Part shown: positions 55,690-64,000 of the stretch, one piece after another
How the letters are laid out: the number at the start of each line of letters is the position of its first letter
How positions within the stretch are numbered: position 1 is the first letter of the stretch
From: Vulcanimicrobiota bacterium
Lineage (GTDB): Bacteria > Vulcanimicrobiota > Vulcanimicrobiia > Vulcanimicrobiales > Vulcanimicrobiaceae
DNA: 64,000 nt
Assembly (NCBI GenBank): GCA_963812155.1
Contig: CAWETW010000003.1
Span: 64,001 to 128,000, forward strand
Direction: 5' to 3'
The notes under the pieces: model-generated
What the model saw: the letters and a program-made list of their open reading frames with translations, nothing else
What the model was told of the DNA's origin: nothing
Databases searched by the model: none
Program-made: the position numbers and the translations under genes

Positions 55690-56853
55690 TTAGTATATAA
55701 ACCCGTTGCGGACGGCGGGACGCGCAAACTTGAAGCCGCCGCCGCTGACGGTGTAGACGTAAATGTTCGGAATCAGCGGATCGCCGAATACGTTGAAGTT
55801 GTACTGGCCGACGAGCGTCGTAATCGTAGGGCTGCGCTGCATGGATGAGAGCAGCGAGACGCGCGTGTAGGCGGCGCTGCGGCGGGATGCGGAGATCAGC
55901 ACTTGCGCGGCGGCGTAGCCGTAGGCCGAGAAGGCCGTAATCGGACCGACTTCGCGTTGGAAGTCGGTCAGCAGCCCCACCGCGCTGGGGATACGCTCGA
56001 GCGGCGGAAGCGAGGATGCGACGTAGGCGCCGTCGAGCGTTTTGGAATACGTCGCCAGCGTGTCGCCGTTGTAGAAGCCGTCGCTGGCGCCGAAATCGCC
56101 GCGATAGCCGGCCAGCCGCAGCGCTTCGGCGAGCGGGCCGAGACCGGCCGTCGTTCCGCAGAGAAAAACATAGCCTGGGCTGTGTTGCAGCACCGTGCGC
56201 GCTGCCTGCGCCGGATCGAAGCCCTTGACCGGGAAAAGCAGTACGTCGGCATCGTGGCGTTCGGACTTCGCCTCCTGCACGAAGCCACGCGCCACGTCGT
56301 AGCCATAGTCGCCGTCGAGCGAGACGGCGAGCGCGGAGACGCCGCGCTTTTCCGGTAAGACCGTCGACGCGAACAGACGTCCCGAGGTGCTGTCCTTTGC
56401 CGGTAGGCGAAAGACGTTGTGATAGTTGCGATTCGTGACCGCGTCGGCGGTAACGGTCGGAACGACGAGCGCAAAGTTGACGTTAGCGTAGCGCGACAGC
56501 GCGGCGAGCGTCATGGGCGCGGTGAGGTTGCCGACGATGCCGATCACGGTGGAGTCGGCCGCGGCGACGCTGGCGTTGGTGGCCGCGAGTGCGACGTCGT
56601 TGCGATCGTCGTACGCGCGCATGCCCCAGACGCGCGAAATCGGTGCGGTAAACCGGTTCGTTTCGTCGACCGCGGCCTGCACGCCGCGCACGACCTCCGT
56701 GCCGTACTTCTCCAGCGGTCCCGAAAGCGTGACGTTGACGCCGATCGTGACCTGCTGCAGAAACGCCGGGTTGTTGTACTGCGCGCGCGCGGGCGCCGCG
56801 AGCGCGCTCGCGACGGCGCCGCCGGCTGCCGCGACGAACGCCGACCGCTTCAT
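55690..56853 (-). CDS. Branched-chain amino acid ABC substrate-binding (LivJ-like) protein
   Basis: Tat-like MKRSAFV signal, YDDRND, NVFRL, DYGYDVA, SAYGYAAAQV. Confidence 0.85.
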   Translation of the reverse strand: MKRSAFVAAAGGAVASALAAPARAQYNNPAFLQQVTIGVNVTLSGPLEKYGTEVVRGVQAAVDETNRFTAPISRVWGMRAYDDRNDVALAATNASVAAADSTVIGIVGNLTAPMTLAALSRYANVNFALVVPTVTADAVTNRNYHNVFRLPAKDSTSGRLFASTVLPEKRGVSALAVSLDGDYGYDVARGFVQEAKSERHDADVLLFPVKGFDPAQAARTVLQHSPGYVFLCGTTAGLGPLAEALRLAGYRGDFGASDGFYNGDTLATYSKTLDGAYVASSLPPLERIPSAVGLLTDFQREVGPITAFSAYGYAAAQVLISASRRSAAYTRVSLLSSMQRSPTITTLVGQYNFNVFGDPLIPNIYVYTVSGGGFKFARPAVRNGFIY

Positions 56854-57716
56854 GCCGGAGCTCCCGGCGCGTGCGCGTAGCTCGCAAAGGTCGTCGCAAG
56901 GAACACGACCGAAAACGTCATGTTGGCGATGAAGATGCGCTCGTTGAGCACGAAGACGTTTTCGGCGACGCGGAACGCGCGATCTTCGTAAACCACCAGC
57001 AGCGCGGCCGCGGCAACGCCGGCATAGTAGAGCGGCGCGGCGTGTGCGGCGGCGCCCGCCAGCGCGAGCAGCGCGGTCATCGCGACGTGGAGTGCGATCG
57101 GCAGCGTGCGGGCGCTGCGTTCGCCGAATCGCGCCGGAAGCGATCGGATGCCCTGCGCGCGATCGACGCGTAGATCCATCAGCGCGTAGACGATGTCGAA
57201 GCCGGCCACCCAGACGGTCACCGCCGCAAACAGCAGCAGCGCCGCCCAGCTCACGCGGCCTGCGATGCCGATGTAGGCGCCCAACGGAGCGAGTCCGTCG
57301 ACCGCCCCCAGCACGAAATGCGTGACCCAGGTGACGCGTTTGCAAAGCGGATAGAGCAGGACGCCGGCGCCGGCGATCGGCAGCAATCGAACGCAAAGCG
57401 GATTGAGCATCCACGCCGCCCACAGCAGCACCGCGAGTCCGGCAACGATTGCTGCGAGCATCGAAAGGGGCGAGAGCGTGCCGGCGGCAAGCGCGCGCCG
57501 CGCGGTGCGCGGATTGCGTGCGTCAATGTCGCGATCGAAATACCGGTTGGCGGCCATTGCCGCGGTGCGGGCACCCAAGACCGCGAGCGTGATCCAGCCG
57601 AGGGCCGGCAACGGCGGAAGACCGCGCGCGGCGATCAGCGCGCCGGCGTACGCGAACGGCAGCGCGAAGAGCGTGTGCTCGACGCGAATTTCCCGTAGGA
57701 AGAGCGCGGCTTTCAT
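56850..57716 (-). CDS. UbiA-family polyprenyltransferase (MqnP-like)
   Basis: EHTLFALPFAY, AMAANRYFDRDIDARNPRT, AGFDIVYALMD. Confidence 0.9.
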   Translation of the reverse strand: MKAALFLREIRVEHTLFALPFAYAGALIAARGLPPLPALGWITLAVLGARTAAMAANRYFDRDIDARNPRTARRALAAGTLSPLSMLAAIVAGLAVLLWAAWMLNPLCVRLLPIAGAGVLLYPLCKRVTWVTHFVLGAVDGLAPLGAYIGIAGRVSWAALLLFAAVTVWVAGFDIVYALMDLRVDRAQGIRSLPARFGERSARTLPIALHVAMTALLALAGAAAHAAPLYYAGVAAAALLVVYEDRAFRVAENVFVLNERIFIANMTFSVVFLATTFASYAHAPGAPA

Positions 57717-59242
57717 CACGGCGCGCCGTCCGGGCGTAAGAGCCGCGCGAGCGCCGGCGGTCCCTGCCCCGACCAATCGTCGGTGCGCAGCGCGCCGGCA
57801 AGGCCTTCGAGACCGTACTCGCGCCAACGTTTGCTCACGAGCGCGCGCACCTTCGCATCCATCACCATATCGGGCGGCCACTCGCGCGCGTACCCTTCGG
57901 CGGCATCCTTGCGGGTCGCATCGATGCCCATTTTGGTGCCGTAGGCGATGTCGTACGATCCGTGATCCAAATCGTCGACCGGTCCCGGCATCGTCACGAG
58001 GTCGCGATCCGGAGCGATATTGTTGAGCACGAACCAGGCGACGCTGCGCGTGTCCTGCACGTCGACGTCGGCGTCGACGACGATCAAGACGCGCGTCAAC
58101 ATCATCATGTGACCGAGTCCCCAAAGCGCGCTCATGACTTTTTTTGCATGGCCCGGATACGCTTTGCGGATCGAGACGATTGCGAGGTTGTGGAAGCCGC
58201 CTTCGACCGGCAGATTCATGTCGACCACTTCCGGCAGCACGAGTTGAAGCAGCGGCAGAAAGAGCCGTTCGGTCGCCTTCCCCAGCCACGCGTCCTCCAT
58301 CGGAGGTTTGCCGACCACCGTCGCCGCGTACACCGGGTCGCGCCGGTGCGTGATGCACGTGAGATGAAACGTCGGATAGCGGTCGGCGAGACTGTATACG
58401 CCGGTGTGATCGCCGAAGGGACCTTCGACGCGCAAGTCGCGATTGTCGACGTAGCCTTCGAGCACGAACTCCGCTTCCGCGGGAACGAGCAGATCGACGG
58501 TGCGAGCCGGCGTCAGTTCGACCGGCCGCCCGCGCAGCAAGCCGGCAAAAGCGAATTCGTCGAGCAGGGGCGGCAAGGGCGCCGTTGCGGCGTACGTCAG
58601 CACGGGTTCCGTTCCGATTGCAACCGCGACCGGCACCTTGTCGCCCCACGCGGCGGCGTGTGCGCGCCCTTGTTTGTGACGTTGCCAGTGCATGCCGGTT
58701 TCGCGTGCGTTGTACACCTGCATGCGATACATGCCGGCGTTGAAACGTCCGGTCTGCGGATGTTTGGTGATAACGAGCGGCAGCGTGATGAATGGGCCGG
58801 CATCGAGCGGCCACGTCGTAAGAATGGGCAGTTGGGTGAGATCCGGATTGCGCGTGACGACGTCGTGAACGGGAGCGTTGCGAACGATCTTCGGCGTCGC
58901 GTTTGCCAGCGGTGCGAGCCGCATCAAGGCGCCGATTTTTTCGCCCAGCGACGATCCGGGCGGCGCGATGTCGACGAGCCGCCGTATGCGCCCGGCGGCC
59001 TCGTCGAGATCGGCGGCATCGAGCGCCATCGCCATGCGTCGCCGCGTGCCGAACTGATTGGTGAGCACCGGGACCTTCGATCCGGCGGGGCGGGCGAACA
59101 GCAGCGCGGGTCCGCCGGCTTTGACCACGCGATCCGTGATCTCGGCAATCTCGAGATACGGATCGACGCGCGCTTGCACGGTGTGGAGTTCGCCGGCTTT
59201 GCGCAGCGCGCCGATGAAGTCGCGCAGGGACGAGAAGGGCAT
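57716..59242 (-). CDS. UbiD-family decarboxylase (MqnL-like, menaquinone biosynthesis)
   Basis: EGPFGDHTG, VVGKPPMED, YPGHAKKVM, KMGIDAT. Confidence 0.9.
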   Translation of the reverse strand: MPFSSLRDFIGALRKAGELHTVQARVDPYLEIAEITDRVVKAGGPALLFARPAGSKVPVLTNQFGTRRRMAMALDAADLDEAAGRIRRLVDIAPPGSSLGEKIGALMRLAPLANATPKIVRNAPVHDVVTRNPDLTQLPILTTWPLDAGPFITLPLVITKHPQTGRFNAGMYRMQVYNARETGMHWQRHKQGRAHAAAWGDKVPVAVAIGTEPVLTYAATAPLPPLLDEFAFAGLLRGRPVELTPARTVDLLVPAEAEFVLEGYVDNRDLRVEGPFGDHTGVYSLADRYPTFHLTCITHRRDPVYAATVVGKPPMEDAWLGKATERLFLPLLQLVLPEVVDMNLPVEGGFHNLAIVSIRKAYPGHAKKVMSALWGLGHMMMLTRVLIVVDADVDVQDTRSVAWFVLNNIAPDRDLVTMPGPVDDLDHGSYDIAYGTKMGIDATRKDAAEGYAREWPPDMVMDAKVRALVSKRWREYGLEGLAGALRTDDWSGQGPPALARLLRPDGAP

Positions 59243-59297
59243 GCCTGCTCCTTTACCTCGTCGCGGCGCGCCCCTCTCGGCAAGCTCCTAGGTTCCC

Positions 59298-60225
59298 TTA
59301 CGGCGTGGGCTCGTGCTCCGGAATGGATGCGACGAAGCGCGCACCTCCGCCGTTGGATGCCGTCAACCGCGACCGACCCGGCATGCGCCTGCGCGATCCA
59401 GCGGACGATTGCCAAGCCGAGGCCGGTTCCCGCGCCGTCATCGGATCGGCGGTAGAATCGTTCGAAGATGCGCTCCCGGTCGGCCGGCGGAATGCCGGCA
59501 CCGTCGTCCTCGACGACGATTTCGCAGCATCGCCCGTTGCGTTGCGATGCAATGATCACCGACGTGCGCGCATGGCGCACGGCGTTGTCGAGCAGATTGC
59601 GTGCGAGTTCGCGCAACCGCCGTTCGTCGCCGTCGACGATGGCGCTGACGGCGAGACTCTCGATGCGAACGCCGCGCTCGCGCGCGGACGAAGCGACGTC
59701 GCGCGCGCTGCGCGTTACGACGGCCGCCAGATCGACGGGTTCGCATTGCAGCACGCCTTGGCGCGGCTGGCGGGCCAGCGTCAGCAGGTCGCCGACGATC
59801 GCAGACGCCTCGAGCGCTTGCGCGGCAATCTCTTCGAAGGCGGCGCGCATTTCGGCGGGTTCGGCGCTGCCGGCCGCCTGCGCGACGCTGGCGATTGCCG
59901 CCAGCGGCGAACGCAGTTCGTGTGCCACGTCCGAAGCGAAGACGCGCTCGCGTTCGCGCGCCGCAAAGATCGGCGCGAGCGTCGCACGCGCGAGCGCGTA
60001 GGAGGCCGCGCCGACAGCGATGACGAGCGGCACGTCGAGCAACAGGATCGTGACCAGCACGCGCCGCATCGCGGTCGCCATGGCGGCGTGGCCTTCGGGC
60101 GTGTCCAGCGCCGGCTGCAGCAGCGACGCGTATTCCCGCATCACGAACGCGAACGCACCCGCGTCGAGAACCGCGAGGACGCAAATGAAAATGAGGAGAT
60201 AGAGAGCGGAAGTGCGCGCGATCAA
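59298..60225 (-). CDS. Sensor histidine kinase (one apparent frameshift near 59362)
   Basis: DVAHELRSPL, NLLDNAVRH, EDDGAGI, GTGLGLAI; removing one G gives VDASNGGGARF...* at 59298. Confidence 0.9.
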
Positions 60226-60890
60226 TTGCGCAAGCGGTACCCGACGCCCCAGACCGTCTCGATGAAGCCTTCGTCGCCGAGCTTGCGCAGCTTACGGCGG
60301 AGCTGGCTCACGTACACGTCGACGATATTGCTGGAACCCTCGAAGTCATAGTCCCAGACACGCTCGAGAATCTGCGCGCGCGAGAGCGCGATGCCGGCGT
60401 TCCGCGCCAGCAGTTCGAGCAGCCGGAATTCGGTGGCGCCGAGATCGAGTGCCTTGCCGTCGTAGGATGCGTTGCGTCCGCCGACGTCCACGCGCAGTTT
60501 TCCGACCTCGATCGACGAAACGACCGGACGGTCGCCGCGGCGCAGCAGCGCGCGCAGGCGAGCGATGAGTTCGTTCTCGACGAACGGCTTTACCAGGTAA
60601 TCGTCGGCGCCGCAGTCGAGTCCGGCGACGCGATCTTCGACCGCGTCGCGCGCGGTGAGCATCAGAATGGGCGTGCGCACGCCTTCGGCACGCGCGCCGC
60701 GCGCTACCGCGAACCCGTCGATGCCCGGAAGGCCGACGTCCACGATTGCGGCATCGTAGTTCTCGCCGACGAGGCGGTCCAATCCGGTGCGTCCGTCGGT
60801 CACGATGCTGGCGGCGAACTTCTGAGCTTCGAGCATCGAGCGCACGGCGCGCGCGATCGGGAGGTTATCTTCAACGACCAAGATTCGCAT
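60222..60890 (-). CDS. OmpR/CusR-family response regulator
   Basis: RILVVED, DVGLPGIDG, GADDYLVKPF, SNIVDVYVSQLRRKL, TVWGVGY. Confidence 0.95.
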   Translation of the reverse strand: MRILVVEDNLPIARAVRSMLEAQKFAASIVTDGRTGLDRLVGENYDAAIVDVGLPGIDGFAVARGARAEGVRTPILMLTARDAVEDRVAGLDCGADDYLVKPFVENELIARLRALLRRGDRPVVSSIEVGKLRVDVGGRNASYDGKALDLGATEFRLLELLARNAGIALSRAQILERVWDYDFEGSSNIVDVYVSQLRRKLRKLGDEGFIETVWGVGYRLRN

Positions 60891-60897
60891 GCTTCAC

Positions 60898-62052
60898 CTA
60901 ATACTTCCACGGGCCGGGGAAAGCTACTGTTACGGCGCCTCCGAGGGTGGGATGCTGATCGGGAGCGCCGATCGGGGCGACCTCCTGAAGCAGGAACCTA
61001 AACGGTGCGATCATCACGGCACCGTAGTAGACGAAATCGCGGGTGACGATCGGGTTCGCCTGCGCATCGTACCGAACGCCGAGATACGCGTGCGGAATGG
61101 GATAGACTTTGAAGCGCACGTAACCTCCGCTCGACGCTTGCCTCGTCCCGAAGCCGTCGGCGTTGCTGTCGTTGCCCCACCACTGCTCGGCTTGAAGATC
61201 GACCGGTCCGAGGGTCGCGTGCCCGAGCAATCCATACCGCGAGTACGTGTCGTTGAAAGCGGTGCTTCCGGTCGGCAAGATGTGTCGCACGCCTTCAAGC
61301 GCCTCACCGCCGCCGTCTAACTCGATGCTCCCCTTGGAAAAGAGGCCTTGATTGAGCCAGACGCCGACTTCCGGCGTCGAAACGTAGGTCGTCAAGCCCG
61401 TGTTCACCGGCTTGCCCCCGTAGGGCGCGCCCTGAAAGTCGCCGACGGCGAACGTCAGATTGGCGACGAGATTTCCAATCGTTCGCTGATCCCACACGCC
61501 CCATCGCGGCGACGACAACGGCAAATCGTTGAGTCCGACGTGCGCGCCGTAGTACCCGTACTGTTGCAGGTCGTCGAGGCGCTCGCCCGGCGACTGCGCG
61601 AGCGGCAGTTCGAACAACCCGAGCCGATATTCGGATTTCGTATGTGCATTGTAGTCGGTGAGAAATCCGAGATAGAGCGCGCTCGGACCGCCGCCCGCAC
61701 CGAGGCTGTAGTGCATGTAGAGCGAAATGTTGCCGACGTCGGTATTACCCAGCAAGATGCCGCCGGGCGTCCAACGCCGGGTTCCGGCAGCGGGATCCTG
61801 CGCGTACGACATTTGATAGCGAATCGCGAACATCGTCGTGCCGTGCTTTTCGATGGGAAGCCGGTACCCGTGCATGCGGAAGTAGTTGCCGAATCCGTTG
61901 AGCTCCGGCAAGACGCTGTGGCAGGCACCGCAGTGCAGCCGATAGCGCTGAGCGAAGACCGGAATCGCGCGAGCGGGCGCGGAGCAGAGGGCCGAAAACA
62001 ATATCGCCGCGACGAGCGCGGCGATCGCGAGGCGCGATTCTCTATTGTGCAA
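60898..62052 (-). CDS. Cyc2-like monoheme cytochrome c/outer-membrane beta-barrel fusion
   Basis: Signal peptide, then AIPVFAQRYRLHCGACHSVLPELNGFGNYFRMHGY, then Gly/aromatic-rich beta strands ending in Tyr; start uncertain (62052 or 62076). Confidence 0.72.
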   Translation of the reverse strand: MHNRESRLAIAALVAAILFSALCSAPARAIPVFAQRYRLHCGACHSVLPELNGFGNYFRMHGYRLPIEKHGTTMFAIRYQMSYAQDPAAGTRRWTPGGILLGNTDVGNISLYMHYSLGAGGGPSALYLGFLTDYNAHTKSEYRLGLFELPLAQSPGERLDDLQQYGYYGAHVGLNDLPLSSPRWGVWDQRTIGNLVANLTFAVGDFQGAPYGGKPVNTGLTTYVSTPEVGVWLNQGLFSKGSIELDGGGEALEGVRHILPTGSTAFNDTYSRYGLLGHATLGPVDLQAEQWWGNDSNADGFGTRQASSGGYVRFKVYPIPHAYLGVRYDAQANPIVTRDFVYYGAVMIAPFRFLLQEVAPIGAPDQHPTLGGAVTVAFPGPWKY

Positions 62053-62530
62053 CGATGGCTCCTCGCATGGGTGCACCGTAGTGGTAGAAGCAGCCGTAGA
62101 GATAGGTGCCGGGCTTATCGACCTTGACCGTTTGCGATGACTCCCCCGCCTGCATCGCGCCGCTGGTCCAGCCGCCCGACAGTGTCGTTCCGGTCTGGTT
62201 CAAAGCCTTACCGCTAAACGGGTAGGCGTTCGGGAATTGCGTCTCGTTTTTACTTTGCCCCGGCGTAATCGATGTGGAAGTATGAGCGAATCCGTCGCTG
62301 TTCATGAACGTCACCGTGTCGTCGACCTTGACGTCCAGGACGGGCGGCTTCATGCCGCCGCTTTGGCCGTAGGGCGTTTGAACCGGAGCGTTCAGCGTAA
62401 GGTTGACGTCGACCACGTGATTGACGCCGGAAGAGCCGCCGCCGCCTCCGCCCGAGACGCCGATGCCGTTGGGCGTGCAGCCCGCGGCCAGCACGGCTGC
62501 GACGAACGTTGCGAGCAACGTGCGCGTCAT
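62042..62530 (-). CDS. Cupredoxin (type-1 blue copper) lipoprotein
   Basis: LAAGC lipobox, AHT, YGCFYHYGAPMRG. Confidence 0.88.
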   Translation of the reverse strand: MTRTLLATFVAAVLAAGCTPNGIGVSGGGGGGSSGVNHVVDVNLTLNAPVQTPYGQSGGMKPPVLDVKVDDTVTFMNSDGFAHTSTSITPGQSKNETQFPNAYPFSGKALNQTGTTLSGGWTSGAMQAGESSQTVKVDKPGTYLYGCFYHYGAPMRGAIVAQ

Positions 62531-63093
62531 CGGCCCACTCTGTGCGGCGTCATCGCGTGCGCTTCGGCGAGAATATCGCTTGTGAGATTGTTGGATGCCA
62601 GCAGCGTTTTCGTCAGCGTGCCGCGCGCGTCGAAGACGTAGACGAACGTCGTGTGCGCTTCGCGATAACCGCTCTTCCCCGGTTTGGCGATCACGCCGAA
62701 CGCGTTGAGAACGTCGTTGACGTCGGGGCTATGCCCGCTGGCGACCAACCAATAGCGAGAATTTGCGGAGAAGCGTTGCGCCAACGCCCGCATGACGCTC
62801 GGCGGGTCGTGCTGCGGATCGAGCGTGATCGTTAACAGTCGCGTCGAGAGCGCCTGGTGCGCGATCTCCGACGCGGCTTGTGAGAACTCCGCGTTGACCA
62901 ACGGACACGCATCGCTGCAATGCGCCGACACGAACGTCACGATAAGCGGGCGCCCTTCGAGCGAGCGCAGCGTGAACGTCCTTCCGGTCTGGTCGACCAG
63001 TTGCGGCGTCGCCGGCGGCGCCGGCGCTGCCGTCGCCGGAGCGACGTGCAGCGCGGCAATAAACGCCAGCATTCCTAGGAGCATGGGACGCAT
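62527..63093 (-). CDS. SCO1/SenC copper chaperone
   Basis: LVDQTG, CSDAC (CxxxC), ITLDPQHD, AHTTFVYVFD. Confidence 0.92.
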   Translation of the reverse strand: MRPMLLGMLAFIAALHVAPATAAPAPPATPQLVDQTGRTFTLRSLEGRPLIVTFVSAHCSDACPLVNAEFSQAASEIAHQALSTRLLTITLDPQHDPPSVMRALAQRFSANSRYWLVASGHSPDVNDVLNAFGVIAKPGKSGYREAHTTFVYVFDARGTLTKTLLASNNLTSDILAEAHAMTPHRVGR

Positions 63094-63665
63094 CAGCGGA
63101 CGAACGTCGGCCCCGGCGTGGCCTTGGCGGCAACGCGGATGACGTCTTGCATTCCTTCGTGATAATGGAAGGCGCATCCGATGAGGTACGTTCCCTTATC
63201 CGAAAGCGTCACCGTCACCGATTTTCCGGGACCGATGGATCCGCTGGCGTAGCCGAGACCGAGGATCCCATTACCCATCGGCTGAGTCGAGAGCGTCGGA
63301 TTCTTCGGGAAATTCGCCGGCGGATGCTTCCGCTTGGCTACGACGTTGAGCGTATGCGAGTAGAGTTTGGAGAGGTTCTTGATCGTTACTACCGTGCCGG
63401 GTGGAAACGCGAGCACTTGCGCCGTCGTCGATTGCGTGAAACCGCCGACGAGTCCCCACGACGGGTCTTGCTTCGTCTTGACGCCTTCACTGGGCAGTTC
63501 TTCGCCGATCGTTTTGGCCGGCAGCGTGAAATGCAGTTCGGTTTGCGGGCCGAGCGATTGTACGAACGATGTTGCGGGAGTAGCGTTCGACGGCATGTTG
63601 CCGCCGCCGCACGCCGCCAGGGCGCACGCGATGACCGCCAACGCGGCGCCACCGGATTTTGTCAT
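63093..63665 (-). CDS. Cupredoxin lipoprotein
   Basis: LAAC lipobox, SHTLNV, IGCAFHYHEGMQD; GAGGAG RBS. Confidence 0.88.
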   Translation of the reverse strand: MTKSGGAALAVIACALAACGGGNMPSNATPATSFVQSLGPQTELHFTLPAKTIGEELPSEGVKTKQDPSWGLVGGFTQSTTAQVLAFPPGTVVTIKNLSKLYSHTLNVVAKRKHPPANFPKNPTLSTQPMGNGILGLGYASGSIGPGKSVTVTLSDKGTYLIGCAFHYHEGMQDVIRVAAKATPGPTFVR

Positions 63666-63751
63666 AGGATGATTCTCCTCGAGTAGTGAGGGTGCGTGAT
63701 TGAGCGACGGTAGCAAGCGTTCGTGAAGAAAGTCTAAACCGAGTACGCGTT

Positions 63752-64000
63752 TTAGTAACTGTAGCCGGTCGGATAACCGCTCGGGCTCGGTCCGGTCGAA
63801 GGCGTTGCCGTTCCCTTGGGCGGCGGCGACGCTTCTTTTCCTGGAACGGCACCTTTCTTCACGACGAGCACGTCCTTCATGCCCTCGGAGTAGTGGAACG
63901 CACAGCCGATCAGGTACGTGCCGGCGTCCTTGAGCGTAATCGTCACCGAATGGCCGGGTTGTATCACGCCGCTGCGATAACCGGTGCCCATGATGCCCTT
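63752..64000 (-). CDS. Cupredoxin paralogue (5' end outside window) with Pro/Ser/Thr tail
   Basis: GTYLIGCAFHYSEGMKDVLVV, similar to the 63093-63665 protein. Confidence 0.85.
   Translation of the reverse strand, partial: KGIMGTGYRSGVIQPGHSVTITLKDAGTYLIGCAFHYSEGMKDVLVVKKGAVPGKEASPPPKGTATPSTGPSPSGYPTGYSY

Overview
GC-rich bacterial chromosomal window. The gene content (LptA-like protein, Bacillus-like RsbV/RsbW/SigB module, many secreted lipoproteins, wHTH-TPR regulator) is suggestive of a diderm Terrabacteria lineage such as Ca. Eremiobacterota/Vulcanimicrobiota; that is inference only. 1-18 kb is core: atpBEF'FHAGDC, murA, mreB, tsaC-like, lptA-like, rarA, cysteine desulfurase, a DUF948-YtxH-RsbV-RsbW-SigB stress operon and alaS. 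It is followed by DUF190-fluc, an NHEJ cluster (LigD PE-LIG, LigD POL, Ku), tRNA-Leu(CAG), secreted phosphoesterases, a YciI-ECF42 pair, two guanidino-group hydrolases, a YtrA-type ABC operon and UbiD/UbiA genes. The right end holds a minus-strand cluster of three cupredoxins, SCO, a Cyc2-like CxxCH cytochrome-porin and a two-component system. The three most interesting items: (1) the Cyc2-like/cupredoxin/SCO cluster; (2) a tandem ~165-168 bp palindromic array behind tRNA-Leu whose units carry sense and antisense pieces of the tRNA; (3) a candidate ~80-nt antisense sRNA between rarA and the cysteine desulfurase. Single-base frameshifts in atpD, atpC, murA, an aldo-keto reductase and a histidine kinase are most likely sequencing or assembly errors. 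No integrase, transposase or CRISPR array was found.
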